A stretch of DNA of 64,000 bases from Carcharhinus longimanus. Taxonomy: Eukaryota. The translations under genes and the position numbers were made by a program. A model generated the notes under the pieces. The model saw nothing but the letters and a program-made list of their open reading frames with translations. It made no database searches and was not told the origin of the DNA. Of this stretch, positions 1 through 13,485 are shown one piece after another. The stretch is taken from NCBI GenBank assembly GCA_030264375.1, contig JASCQW010000081.1:49590875-49654874 (forward strand), in the 5' to 3' direction. Position 1 is the stretch's first letter. Each line of letters starts with the position of its first letter.

Positions 1-1463
1 GTGTTGTCAGACTTTTTACCAAGCTCAAGCACTCAAGGATTTAATTTTGACACAGGGCCAAAAGCAAAGTGGATAGACCTCCAAACCCATATGATATCTC
101 TGAAACATCAAGGGTATAATAGGATCAAATCTGTGTTTTAGGATTACAGACAGCATGGTGCTCGAAGCTACATTACCTCACTTCATCAAAGGGGTACACT
201 GAAGGATGCATTCCACTCAAACAACTGTATTATCCGCATCTTCCAGGATTTACAAAACAGCTATTGCATATTCACCCAAGACGACTATAGGATATTGACA
301 GGTATTAAAAAATGCTGGATGACCAAAGATTCTTGCACCACGCTTAGGTGAGCACCATATTTCCCCATATTCAGCTTATGCCAGGGGCACCAGGATATGC
401 ATTGTCTGTACCTTTACCTGTACCTTTCCAGGAGTCCATCAGATTCTTTGACCCCAAAATAATTCAGAAAAAACAACCAACACCGATAGTTCCAAGGGGA
501 CTTTCGCACCAGTTGTGTGGACTCATTGGGCCATACCTACAATCTCTACACCAAAGCACCCACTCACCTCTCCTGCAGTTGGCATTACTCACATTAGCTA
601 TGGCAAGAGTAAAAGATAGAACCTACCACCATTAAAAATGTACAGATTATTAAAAACAGATAAATATTGTACAGCACTAGTGTCATACAACCTATCCACT
701 GCACTCCCCAACAAGCTCTTTAAGGATATTAAAATACTAGGATTCAATTTTGACACAAGGCCAGAAGCATTGCAGGTAATCCCCCATGCCACCTTGCAAC
801 CCTGGAACAACAAGAATATAGTAGGATCAAGTTTGTGTCCTAGACTTGGGGTAATTAAAGGAACACACTGAGGGATGCGTTCTATTATAAACAAATGGAC
901 ATCTCTGTTGTTCAAAGGATAACAAACAAAATTTGCCTCAGTGCTCATATACTAGATTACCCCTGACAACATGATAAATAACATCGCAAAATCGAAAAAG
1001 AAATTCCAAAAAGGGGTAAAGTCCAGGATTAAAGACGAATTGCAGATTATCACTCCAAATTATTGTCATCCACTGAGAGAGGCCAAAGCGTTAGTAAGGC
1101 TGTTGAACAGCCTTAAGGAGCCACCAGATATCACCCTCAGGATAGAAAGATAAAGCAGGGCAAACTGCAGTCAGATAGCTTTCCAACCTCATTAAAATAT
1201 TACAACGGCCACCAGTTGTTAAGCAGCGACTGCTACTTCTATTTACTCTTCATGTTGCAGCCCTCTGTAAGCACGGTAGAAAGACAGTTGGAACTGAACC
1301 AACCCCACACATACAAATACATTTGTTCAACATGAATGTAACTATAGGTTTTATCCTTTTAGGTACAGAAACATTAGTTTAAGCACACTTAAAACTATAT
1401 CTTATTTCTAATGTTTACCAATACACATACAAATCCCTTAAAACGACCTTTGTTTTCCTAACA

Positions 1464-1657
1464 GTATAATGTGGGAAAATGTGAAGTTGTTCACTTCGGC
1501 AGGAAGAATAATAAAGCAGAGTATTGCTTAAATAGTGAATGACTGCAGAATCCTGAGGTACAGAGAGATTGAGGTGTTCTTGTGCATGAGTCACAAAACG
1601 TTAGCATGCAAGTACAGCATATAATCAATAAGGCTAATCGAAGGTTACCATTCACCT
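1464..1657 (+). mobile_element. CR1-clade LINE ORF2 (RT C-terminal) fragment
   Basis: Translates as YNVGKCEVVHFGRKNNKAEY..LQNPEVQRD*GVLVHESQNVSMQVQHIINKAN, typical CR1 ORF2 with stops. Confidence 0.85.
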
Positions 1658-3756
1658 TAAAGTCTCAGTAGACATGCTTCTCCCCATGCTCCACGTCTCT
1701 GTCCAAGGACTATCTGGCTATTGACCAAACTAGCTGCCTTGCCCTTTCTTGCTTTGCAGTAAAAGGGTGTAACAAGATTCTGTTGCAGACCAATCTAACT
1801 CAATTCCAATCCCAGAGTGAATGCATTCAGTCAAAACAGAAAAGTTATTGCCCTTTCTTCCTGTGGCAACTTTCCTGGCAACAACTGCCTCCAGTGATAT
1901 GATTGAAATCAGGGAAAAGAAAAGACAGACATGCATTACATAGCTCACCATAAGCTACAGACTTCCTAATCAATCATACCATAACACGCCATTCACGACT
2001 CTAGCTTTTAAGCAAGACTTTGGTTGGGAATATGCTCCTTATTAATATGATCTGAAATAAAACTACTTAAATTGGCTTAGATTGTTCATAAATGGCTGAA
2101 CCTTCAATATATGGTCACAGTGAAATTATTCTGCACTCCAAGCATAAACCTGCATTTCCGATCCTCCCAAAACTGTCGACACTTTTAGAACTGTAATGAA
2201 TCACAAGATTTATAGAGCGTTTTTGAGTCAATTATTGCTGCATTTTAAAACACTATTAGAGAACAGTTCATAAATTCATTGTTGCACAAACGCTTAAAAA
2301 AAAGCAAATATTTTATATTCCAAGTTATAAGCACATTAAAACAAATTAGTTGAATTTGTAATTGTTATGTCAAGCATATTGTTTAAAGTTTGTCTTCACC
2401 TTCCTGCCCCAAACCCTACCCACCCCAAAGAAATTATCCCTCTTATCCTTCATTGAATTCATGTTTGCTCCACCGCTGCTGGCGACCCTCTAGAATCTGA
2501 CCCAAGAAGTCATTTTTGGCAGAAGAAACTAATGTTTGTGGACCAACCAACTGTGGATTGCATTTCAGCTGTGTCTGATGATGTCCTCACCCAACAGACA
2601 TAGCCAGGAAGAGTCAGTAGACAGTAAGCAAGACTGGGTACACAAACTGGTTTTGTTTCCCTCTTAAGGCAATGAAGTCAATTATAAAATCCCAACTATT
2701 GTCCCAGAAGATCAGCTAACTGAGTAGATAAGCAATAGAACCTGGAATCATCTAATCTACATGTCTTAGCAGTACATTGGGCAGTCTCTTCACTGGGTGA
2801 GCCCATCAAGGACCACAGAATAATGCTGATATTTTGTTTTAAACTCGTGTGCCTACAGAGTGCAACTCATGTTCCACAACATATGTTCCCTACCAGCCAT
2901 GGAGAGATCTTGTAACATGATAGAATCCTGTCATTATCTGTCTTCACTTTCACTCTTAATACACTGGGTTACATTCCTTGAATAAGTGCCAAACTACCAG
3001 AAGGTCAAAATCTAAAGGTGAAGATTTAAATTCTCTTATACATAGTATTTAAAAAATGCTTTTTATAGTCTGGTAATAAAGGACAAACAATTTGTGTTTA
3101 AATAATTTTTATTTAAACTGGAACTCTTAATTAACTGAGTGGGTAAATGCACTGCATGATGCAGTGACACAGAGTAGGAAGGCCTTAGCTGTAAGTTAAC
3201 CAATTCAGGGCCACAATGTACATGCCAATATCATTTGAACTAAAAAGGAAAAAACCCAGCCAGTATTTCCATTCCTGAGCAATGTCCAGTGATTTTTGTG
3301 AGAAAGTAAATGGAAGTGAATAGGAAACATTGGACAAGTACAACAATGCAATCTAAACTTGGGGAGAAGAGCTTCAGTTCCTCAAATGACACCAATCCCT
3401 TGGTGCCTCAACCAAATGTTTATTCTTTATGTGAGCGGTGAAAAGTGCATGTTATCAGGCTGTTCAACTATGGAGAGAACCACAGTTCTGTCATATCCTG
3501 TCATTATCAGATGTCTACACACATGCAGTTGACTGGAATCACTGGATGGTGTTAAAGAAACAAACTCAGGTTATTTCTCCTCCACTACTGCCTCTGGCTA
3601 AGAGCAGTGAGCAGGGGCAGTGAATTAAGGGACATTCCTGGTCAAAATAATTTGGTTCTACTTATCAATTGAACCACAGAAAAGCTAGTTTGAAAACAAA
3701 ATAATTGCACTCATTGAACACTACTATGACCTAAACAAAGTAAATACTAGACTTAC

Positions 3757-3841
3757 CAGTGCAAGTTTGAACCCATTTAGCGTGGGATTAATTGTCAGCT
3801 TGATACACGTAGGTAATAGTGTCAGAAGTGTGGCAGCAAAA
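3757..3841 (-). CDS. ALG6: ALG6 coding exon 10 (85 bp); gene continues beyond window start
   Basis: ttttcag|..FAATLLTLLPTCIKLTINPTLNGFKLAL|gtaagt; matches vertebrate ALG6 ([21 protein letters not shown]); frame continuous with the previous exon. Confidence 0.93.
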
Positions 3842-6130
3842 CTGAAAAACAAAACATTGTTAAACCACTAACATATAAAATAGCAATACATCAAATGCAA
3901 AATAGGCAATAATACTTCAAAACTAATTAGTAGAGAGGAAGAATGGTGGGGCTGACTTACCTCATAACATTGCTTTCTTTTGAGAAAGATCCTACATCAG
4001 ATCAGTCTCTTCTTGCTATGTTACTGGAGACTAGGGAATTGGCATCTGTACTTAACGTCAAATGCCAACCTACCCAATTCCAAGAATTTTACCCATAATG
4101 AGCACACCATTTTAGAACTAATTTTGAGGAAAATCGTCTGGAGCTATAAATAACCTCATAAACTTCAATTGAGCATCTAATTGGCAATAACAATAGGATG
4201 CATTTTTTTTCTTTCTAAAGGTCTATGCTGCTAAAGATATGGGATATCAGTCTGGGAAATAAGAAAACTGAAGTACCAGTCCAGAAAACCATCATCCCCC
4301 ATCAATCACTTACCTAAGTTTCCCTTGACGCACAGTAAATGTTCCATAACAGTCTGCCTTAGCTCCAACCCTACAATACAGTGTGGCCATTTTTCAATCT
4401 AGTGGTTGAGGTAGATTCCTAGTATAGTTGCAATTTATCTGTGACAATTTTCTCCTGTAAACCTATGCCCAGTAGAAACTAACTGGCATCACCCGAATAG
4501 TCCCATTGCTAATAGGAAAAAAAAGTTTTAGTCTTTTCAGCTGGATTTCCGTGCCTCCCCCCCCCCACAGGGGAAAATACATACAAATACAACAGGTTTG
4601 TTTGACTTGTACAAACAAAAATAAATGTTAGCTTTTGATACAGTAATTCATTTTTTTCTTTCCCATTTCTTCTGAAGCCTCGCGGTCTCAAGTTCTGACA
4701 GTCCATTGTGTGTGTCCATGCTTTTATTCTTCATGTAGAAAGCATATCATGTAGCAAACCTCCACCTACCATTGACAAATCAGCATTTCTCCTTGAAGCC
4801 AATATGTGGATTATCGCCTCGGTAGAAGAGAGCATTGAGGTCAATTGCTAATGTCATATCAGCTGTAACCAGTGAACTTAAACATATCAGGGGTCACAGT
4901 TTCTTAGTCCATATAGCACAGCACTACAAGAGGCAGCGTATTTGCCTGCTGAGTTACTGCAAGAACATTAAAAGGCTAAATTTAGGGTCACTTGCAATGA
5001 GCATTCACAGACTACACAGTCCGGCCATTTAAATGTCACTAATAATCCACTCACTCTAACCAATAGGCAAATCAAATATTGTCCAAACTAATATATTGTA
5101 AAGTTGAAACAATTTTGTGCCTATAATGTGAGTTTTATAGAAATTGTGAATATGAAATATACAGTTTTGCAAATATCTAATTGATGAATCATGTTAATAT
5201 TTTGCAGATAATTTTTAGTTCTGTGAAAATTAAAATTTAACTATTGAAAGTGGGATAAATGAATCTAAAGCTGTTTGGAGTTCATTACACTCAAAAAGGT
5301 TATGGGACCATGTTGACCTAAGGGGACAACAGCTAGAAAAGCAAGATCCTAAAACAGCAGGTGAGATTACTGATCTGGGGAACTGGAGGCATAGTGTCTA
5401 CACTGCTTGCAGAGAAGGGCAGTCCAGAGATCTTTTGCTTTGGGAGTTAGAACTAAATTAGTTTGAAAGCATTCTGTAACCCTTAAAGGTTATATCATCA
5501 TGGAGATGGGTGGAGTTTAAGTAGGTTCTTTCATTTCAATTGATCTGGCCATTTGCTCAGAGAGGTTGGTTGTAATTTGGACTTCATGTGGTTTGCAGTT
5601 CAAAGAAAAGCCCTGGGAGTTGTTTGGTGTAGTTAGGGTTCAGAGATGTTCTGGAGAGCTGAGGCAGTTGGAGAACAAGTCTCCAGCACTGCAGCTAGGA
5701 TGCTGTCAAGACTCAGCCTTTGCTGCATGTAGTTCACTCAGCTGCTTCCTGATATCACGTGGAGTGAACTGAAATGGTGGTAGACTGGCATCTATGATGC
5801 TGGGGACCCCAGAAGGAGGCTAAGGTGGATCATTCAACTGCACTTCTCGCTGAAGATGGTGCAATTACTTGAGCCTTCTCCGAATGATGATTTGTGCATG
5901 ATTATGGAAAACATCTATTGAACCATATTATAACACAAGTTACCATCTTCAGGAAAGATGAGAAGAGAGTTTGAATGGGAGTTATAAACTCACATGGATT
6001 AACATAATTAACTTACGTTAATTACAATTACCTAAAAATGGGGACGAGCGGGGACAGGGTGTTGGTGATTAAAAAAAAACAATGACATGTCTTCATGATG
6101 TAATATAGATCGACAAGAGCAGAGCATTAC

Positions 6131-6216
6131 CTGAGCCAAATCTGGGTTGAAGGTGATAAAATCTTCTTCACCTTCAATATAACAGATAAACTGCACCACA
6201 CATTTGCGACTTTATC
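6131..6216 (-). CDS. ALG6: ALG6 coding exon 9 (86 bp)
   Basis: aaatag|DKVANVWCSLSVILKVKKILSPSTQIWL|gtaatg; conserved DKVANxWC motif. Confidence 0.95.
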
Positions 6217-7439
6217 CTATTTAGAAAAAACATGTAAATAATCATCAGAAGCAACATGCAAATTATTTCATCGAGTACCTGTGGTATGGTAAACTTTAAC
6301 AAGGATCAGAAACAAATGAGTTGGATCTCAATTTTTGAACAGCTTCACCTCAGTGATGTCATATGACCACAGTTGCCATTCGCTTACTTCCTTGCTCTTC
6401 CACCAACAGTGAAATAATACGAAGTATGGGATCCTGTGGACCATGCAAATTGTGGACAGTGCTCGCACAGTGGGTATTGTTCAGCAAGTATGCACTCAAA
6501 TAAGGGAGGTGGATATTGAGACAAGGCTTTCTAAAAGATAGAGAAGTTTTAGAGAAGCGCAACAATGATGAACCAGGGATTTAAAACATTAGATAATGAA
6601 AAAAAAAGTTACAAAAAGTAGAATTATTTTCACTGTCAGAAAAATGAGGTTAGAAAGCATAGAATGAAAAATGGCCAACAAATTCATCACTCCTTCCACA
6701 CAGTATGTACAATCTGCTCAATCATGGACTCCATTTCCTCCATTTAACATTGAGGCATAAATATTTTGGAACATTTATCTATTCTGGTACTACCCATGGA
6801 CAATAGCCTTTTTTCACCCAGCAAGACAGGAACCATTGTAGTCCGTTACTACACGTCCAACCAGATATTTATCTGAATCCTTTGTGGAGGAGTTAATTTA
6901 TTCAGCTTCATCAGCTTTTGCTGAATCTGTTCCACGTGATTGAAAACCACTGATAAACAAATTAGTTATCTTAAGCAACGAGTGCATTACTGGAGAAACA
7001 AATGTACTGTTTCAAACAAAAAGGTTTCTTGCCCAGAGAACTGAGCATCTGGAATAATTATTCAGCAAAAGCATAATAACTTCTTCAGTCAGGAGTTAAG
7101 TAAATTCTGATTAAGAATGGAATTGAAAATGATAAAAAGTATACAATGAATTCATGAATGATGCACAAAACATTATAGTTCCTGTACTACTGTGGTCAAT
7201 TTTACCCATGGAATCCAGTTAACACTGAGTTTTACATTGAGAAGAGGCACCAAGCTATCAATGTCCTCTTAGGAATTCAAATTGTTGATAGAGGGGTTGC
7301 CTGGGGTAACAGATTGAAAGGCTGTGTGTTATTTTCTAGTTCCAATTAAGATTGAGCTATTTTAATTTTTTTTCAGATATAGACTAAAATTTGATGATCC
7401 TGCTGTAGAACCTAAACAAAGGCCCCAGCTTACTGATTG

Positions 7440-7720
7440 GATGAGGAATTTGGGACACAGATTTACGGTTTTGGGCAAGAGATACAGGGAGGAAGGTTTT
7501 TTTTAAAAAACACAGCAACCACCAACGGCCTGGAACTTGCTACCTATGAAGGTAGTTGAATAGAAGGTGACCAATGATTTCAAAAGGAAATTGAATGGAC
7601 ACAAGGAATATAAACTTGCATGATGACGGGGACAGAGTTGGGGGAGGGGACTGACTGGATTGCCCAAAGAACTGGCACAGACTCAATTGGCTGAATGGCC
7701 TTCTTCTGTGCCATAACGAG
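7440..7720 (+). mobile_element. degenerate CR1 LINE 3' end
   Basis: gggacacagattta..tggaact..ggctgaatggccttcttctgtgc CR1 3' motifs. Confidence 0.7.
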
Positions 7721-7794
7721 TCTTTGAATTTATAGCTATATTTTCCCCATTATTCTCTTAATATGTCCCACTTAGCACAATAGTACTACACATT

Positions 7795-8103
7795 TCTTTT
7801 TCCCAGGGCTGAAATGGTTGCCACAAGAGGACACAGGTTTAAGGTGCTGGGGAGTAGGTACAGAGGAGATGTNNNNNNNNNNNNNNNNNNNNNNNNNNNN
7901 NNNNNNNNNNNNNNNNNNNNNNNNNNNNNNNNNNNNNNNNNNNNNNNNNNNNNNNNNNNNNNNNNNNNNNNNNNNNNNNNNNNNNNNNNNNNNNNNNNNN
8001 NNNNNNNNNNNNNNNNNNNNNNNNNNNCTAAGGTAGGGACATGTTCGGCACAACTTTGTGGGCTGAAGGGCCTGTATTGTGCTGTAGTTTTTCTATGTTT
8101 CTA
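7795..8103 (+). mobile_element. CR1/HER1-type LINE 3' end (partly N)
   Basis: TRGHRFKVLGSRYRGD C-terminal motif, then gggctgaagggcctgtattgtgctgtag and a ttctatgtttcta tail. Confidence 0.85.
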
Positions 8104-8373
8104 ACATTGCAATGTGTGGTGCAGTCTCACCACTGTGTTAAAAGGGACAGACTAATGAAACGTCTAGAAGGCCAAAGCAAGGCATCAATGAGATGTCACA
8201 TATTCTGAACAGCAGCACAACTGTAGAACACTGCAATTTATAACCCCATGGCCCTCCAGATTCTGGGATCATATCCGTTCTCAATCTTAATAAAAACAAT
8301 TTTAGTTCTGAGTCTCTCCTCATATTGCTCACTTTTGTTTTCTTTGGTAGTTATTGAGTACCATAACTGGACC

Positions 8374-8676
8374 AGCAGCACGGTGGCACACTGGTTAGCA
8401 CTGCTGCCTCACAGGGTTAGGGACTTGGGTTCGATTCCCGGCTTGAACCACTGTCTGTGCAGAGTCTGCACATTCTCTCCGTGTCTGCATGGCTTTTCTC
8501 CAGATACTCCAGTTTCCTCCCACAGTCCAAAAGATGTGCTACTTAGGTGCTTTGCCATGCTAAATTTTCCCTCAGTGTACCTGAACCGGCGCTGGAGTAT
8601 GGCTCCAGGGGATTTTCACCGTAACTTCATTGCAGTGTTAATGTAAGCCTACTTGTGACCATAATAAATTAATAAA
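8374..8676 (+). mobile_element. tRNA-derived V-SINE, tail type B
   Basis: A box (ggtggcacactggttag), B box (gggttcgattccc), V-domain-like core, tail cttcattgcagtgttaatgtaagcctacttgtgac. Confidence 0.9.
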
Positions 8677-9744
8677 GTGGAAGTTTAGCCAACTCTAGTT
8701 GCTCTGTGTCTGTGCTTTCCTATCTCCACACCCTATCTAACAATCAGTTGCAACAATGCAATGAGCAGGAATGAGTTTTCATGGGTAGGCCACAGTAGCC
8801 ACCTCTTAAAATGATGCTGAAACACTCCATTGTACAGCAACACCAACTATGGAGGTCACTGGAGGCCGAATACTTGGGGGATTGAAGCTAGAATTCATGC
8901 TCAAGTTCACTGAATGCAACTCAGCGACTGAAACACCAAAGAAACAATCAAATATTTTACCTGCTGCTAATGGGCAACATTAGCTGTAAATTATTGCAAG
9001 CATCAGAAAAATGATCTTAATCTTAATTTTCTAACATTGGTGAAGATTACAACCAAACTATACAATAGCACAGACTAGTGGTCATTCTTAGAAAATATGT
9101 CCATTTAATTGTCATAAATCTGTAACCTGGAAACTCAATAGATCATAATCGGCTGTTGAGTTTTGGCAGCTCAAAGACTGAACAGAGAGAGAGGGAACAA
9201 GATAAATCAAGTGGTATTGGTTAGATGAAATCAAGCTTGGGTTTTAAAAACTTTTTGATTGTAGGGGGAAGGAAAATAACTTAAACAAGGAATGAGTTAG
9301 AGTTTACTGTGCAATGTATTTTTATTTTAATATGGTTAGAATGTGGAGGAGGAGAACCTGAAAAGCAATATTTCTGGAGCTTTGGAATACAGAAATTCAG
9401 ATAAATGCTAATATTATAAAAGAAGACAAGAAGGCTGCAATAGAGACAAAGATTGGAAAGATGAGAGAGGGCCTACTCATTACAAACACAAAGTACAAAG
9501 CACAAACATCAAGGCAATCTCAAATCTCCTAACATTAATACAGCAACTTAGAAATCAGTTCTCCTATCCCACATAATGGTTGTTTTCTCAATTTTTCTCT
9601 GCACTCTTCGCATTTAAAGGGGTTTATCACGATGGTGCCTACAAAGCCTTACTGGAACCACTACAAATGCACATGCAGTTCCTCTCTTAGGTCTACAGTA
9701 AAAACCCAGTAGCTTTCCCTGAAAAAGCTGAGGTTTTGTTGTGG

Positions 9745-10005
9745 CCCCAGTTGGCTCAGCGAGTCTATATTCAATGAACTTTGAGGGAAGCAAACTTGGA
9801 AGATCTCCAGTTTAATTCCAAAGCCTGAACTGTTAGTTGGGGTTCAGCCAGAGCAACATTAACAGTGATCCATTGAAGTCTGGTGCCACTTGTTCAGAAA
9901 GGATGAAGTGGCCAGGGCTCCTGTTCCAAATCCCTATTCAGTGATTTTTTCCCCCATTGGACAGTGCTCACATGGATTGTGGATGTAGAAGATTAGGTTC
10001 AATTA
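9745..10005 (+). mobile_element. LF-SINE-like relic
   Basis: tggctcagcgag head and gccagggctcctgttcc..ctattcagtga core resemble the recalled LF-SINE consensus. Confidence 0.5.
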
Positions 10006-12905
10006 ACTCAGACAAAAAGATCACAAGAGTCACCTCTTTGCCTTTTCCTCCACAAATAGAGAATACTTGCTTTTCTCTAAACATTAGAGTCACTAACTAC
10101 CAGGACAAACAATTTAGATTTAGAAACTTCTTTCTGATTTTAAGCTAAATCTCTCACTTTTAATGGACTCTTGCAACTTACATTCCATTGTCCAAACTCA
10201 ATTCCTCTCCCTGCTTGAAACATCCTATTCTTCTTTTACTCCTTACTGGTCCCTGCAACACCACACATCAGCTAGAGCTGGAATGCAGGGCAAAGGACCT
10301 CTGTCAGTACATCTTATGCCAGGATACCAAACGTGCTGAGCAAGACTGGGCTCTTGGTTCGCTCCAAAGAGAACACAAAAATCAGCAGAACAGGAGAAGT
10401 CAAACACATGTTCCACTTTATATCTCTGGGCTCTACATTTCAGGGCAGATGGACAAATAGGTTAAAAAAATGCTTGTTTAAACATAGATAAAAAAGTAAA
10501 CAAAGTTCTCAAGTTCTGCAGCAGCAGGTGCATATACATTATATAGTAAAGGAGTAGGAAAAAAAGGAGGAAAACACAATGCTGAGACCTATGCATTCAG
10601 GTATTCTGGAACTACGTTCAGTTGAGATGACTAGAGATTGTAGTAATATAAATCTTGTCAGCTGTCAAAATCACCATGTATGTATTAACAGCCCAGAAAC
10701 CAGCTGATTTGATTTTGTCATCTAGTACCCAAGACCATAAGGAGAACAGTGTCTTCGTTATGCAAAATATATATAGTCTAGACTCACATGGCAATGCTGT
10801 ATTGATGTTACCATCTTTTGAAGAGAAATTCAAGCCAAAGGCTATTCTGCTTGCTCCAGTGCACATTTACGATACCATGGCACCACCTGATGAACAAGTG
10901 CTGATAGTGTCCTAGCCAACATTCCACCCCAACCCAACACCACAAAGAAATAAACTCGTCATTCATCTCACTGCTGTGTGAGATTTTACTTCATACAAGG
11001 TGACTTGCAGTACAGCCAAAATAGCAATGGTCAATCCACTTCAAAGTTATTATATGTGAAATGCTTTTGAGGTATGCAAGAGTGGGGGAGGTCTTACATA
11101 ATTGAAATATCTCAACTCAAAGACATTAACTACATTAGCAAATTCTATATATTTACTGCATGGCCATATTTATTACATATTGATATTAAATAGGTCATTA
11201 ATAACTTATTTTGGAAAGCGTCACCAAATAAATGCTCTCTCCGATGTGACACTGGGTCACGTAGACCAAGGAAGTTACAGATTCAATTCCTGATCATGGC
11301 TGGGGTGCTACGGATGATTACCGCGGGCAGGAGAAACCATCTTTCGACTGCTATGAAGGACAATTGGGGAGGAGGAAAGGGGTTTGGGCTTCCAATTCTC
11401 ACCAATGAACCCAGTGTAAAGTATTTGTATGTTAAATGTGGAACAAATATGGGGTTGGGTTTGGATAAGATACCACAGCCAGTTAAGAGGCCTGTTGACA
11501 TTTAATGTTCAAAGTCACACTTGAAAGACATCAGGAGGTGGGTAGAACTTGTGGAACCACATGCCAGAATAAGTTGACAACTTCAAAGAAGGAACAGAAG
11601 ATAAATCAGGTGAAAAGAAAAAAAAATGTAATAATAAGCTGCTTTGAGGAACTTCTGTACACAGAAACTTTGACCCTACTGGTACACTTAAAAGCATCCC
11701 ATTTACTGTATAGATTTTTTTAATGCATCCTTTTTCTCAGAGTTACAAAGCCAACAAGCAGAGTGGACAGGGCAAACCGTCGATCCGTTTCCTTGCTTGG
11801 TCCAAAAGCCAAAGCTTTTAAAAAGAGAGAGACAAGTAGAAAAGATGGCACAAATATATGGAGCCCACTAACAGCTGTATCACTTCCACTCAGGCAGTGT
11901 GTGGTTATGGTTTTGGCTTTCTTCAAGCAGACAAAAAACACGACTCAAACAAGATTTTCTTTTAAATTTGCATGTGGAAAATGGTTCCAATTTATTCATT
12001 TTCAAAAATATTTGAAAATTTTTCTTTTGCTCCAACAATTGTGCCTGTTGCTGGAGATTTGAACAGGTGAATGTTGCTGAAACCTGTTTGGACCAGAACA
12101 AGCGCGTCACTCGGGCTAACAGTCACAATCTTTTTCCGCTTGTAACTTTGATTGAAGTAAAGATGTTTACAGTGCACCAAACACCAAAGGCAAAAGTCTG
12201 GTGTGAGTCTTTAATATGTACTGCCACGTTAGTGGCAACAAGACTGTGGTGTTTATAATGCAAATGCACCACCAATTTCAAGGGTTAAGTTTGGGGCAGA
12301 TTGGTTCTATAAATGGGCTATCTGTGGATGGTTGTGATATCAATATCAAGAACGTAATATTCGATACCTCTGTTCAGGACAGGAAATAGAAACAGCAGAG
12401 ACAGTTGTCAATGTCACAACTGGAGGGGACATAACTTCACAGCAAACGCACCACACCCCAGGCCGACAGAACAACTTCTCTTCTAAATGGCACATATAGA
12501 ATATCTGTCCTGAATTTGATGAGGACACAGGGAAAGGTTAGAAGGTTAGCACTTGATGCATTCTACAAACAAACCGAACAAGATATCCACTTTATAGCTC
12601 ATGTAATTTACACTTATCAGCATATTTTTTTAAACAGCAATTGGAGATGACCAACACGTCACACTCAATTTGTTGGGTGCTTACACTAATGAGTTCTCAA
12701 GTTCGTCCTTGCCTACTTCTAAATAAGTCAGCCGCTGCAGACTTCTGAACTGCTGCTGAGCTAATATTATCAGTGAAATGTTAGGAAGATTTCCTGATGA
12801 ACTTGATGCTGGGTGAAGAAGCTGGGCTCTGTGTCTGAGTTGGATGACTGGACTGCTCAATTTTTAAGATGCATTGTTCTCAGTGTTTCAGCCAACTTGG
12901 TGTTA

Positions 12906-13192
12906 GACCATAAGACATAGGAGCAAAATTAGGCCACTCGGCCCATCGAGTCTGGTCCACCATTCAGTCATGGCTGATATTTTTCTCATCCCCATTCACC
13001 TGCCTTTTCCCCATACCCCCTCATTCCCNNNNNNNNNNNNNNNNNNNNNNNNNNNNNNNNNNNNNNNNNNNNNNNNNNNNNNNNNNNNNNNNNNNNNNNN
13101 NNNNNNNNNNNCTCTCTGGCTGAAGAAATTCCTCCTCATCTCTGTTTTAAAGGATCGTCCCTTTAGTCTGAGGTTGTGCCCTCTGGTTCTAG
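12906..13192 (-). mobile_element. CR1 LINE 3' end (partly N)
   Basis: Minus-strand TRTRGHNLRLKGRSFKTEMRRNFFSQR plus CR1 3' UTR tail. Confidence 0.9.
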
Positions 13193-13349
13193 TGTTGCAG
13201 TACCTGTCTGCCACACAAACACAGACAACATGGAGGAAGCATGCGTGTATTTCCAATTGTTTAGTGGCTGCCACAACCCGAAGTTTAATAAAATATATAG
13301 ATATTCATGAGTAAACAGGCATAGCCTGAGGCTCATTTTTCAAACCTAC

Positions 13350-13485
13350 CTCAAACAAGCCTCTATCGACAGGGAAAAGCCTTTGGAGCACCTGCATGGA
13401 CTGCTGGAGACTGGTGAGGAAGGGCAGCCAGCAACAGGCAAACGTAATCAGCACAGTGAGAGCAATTTTGATCAACTGTTTCATC
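13350..13485 (-). CDS. ALG6: ALG6 coding exon 8 (136 bp)
   Basis: ttacag|MKQLIKIALTVLITFACCWLPFLTSLQQSMQVLQRLFPVDRGLFE|gtaggt; conserved RLFPVDRGLFE. Confidence 0.96.

Noticed and set aside
1730-1951. Minus-strand ORF MVSYVMHVCLFFSL as the next ALG6 exon
   Set aside because: Lacks the expected FFLFSFQVHEKSIL motif; the remaining ALG6 exons appear to lie beyond the window start.
8374-8445. tRNA genes at SINE heads
   Set aside because: A/B boxes continue directly into SINE bodies and no full cloverleaf is evident.
10655-10915. 86-aa ORF
   Set aside because: Overlaps a DeuSINE-like relic and has no recognisable domain.
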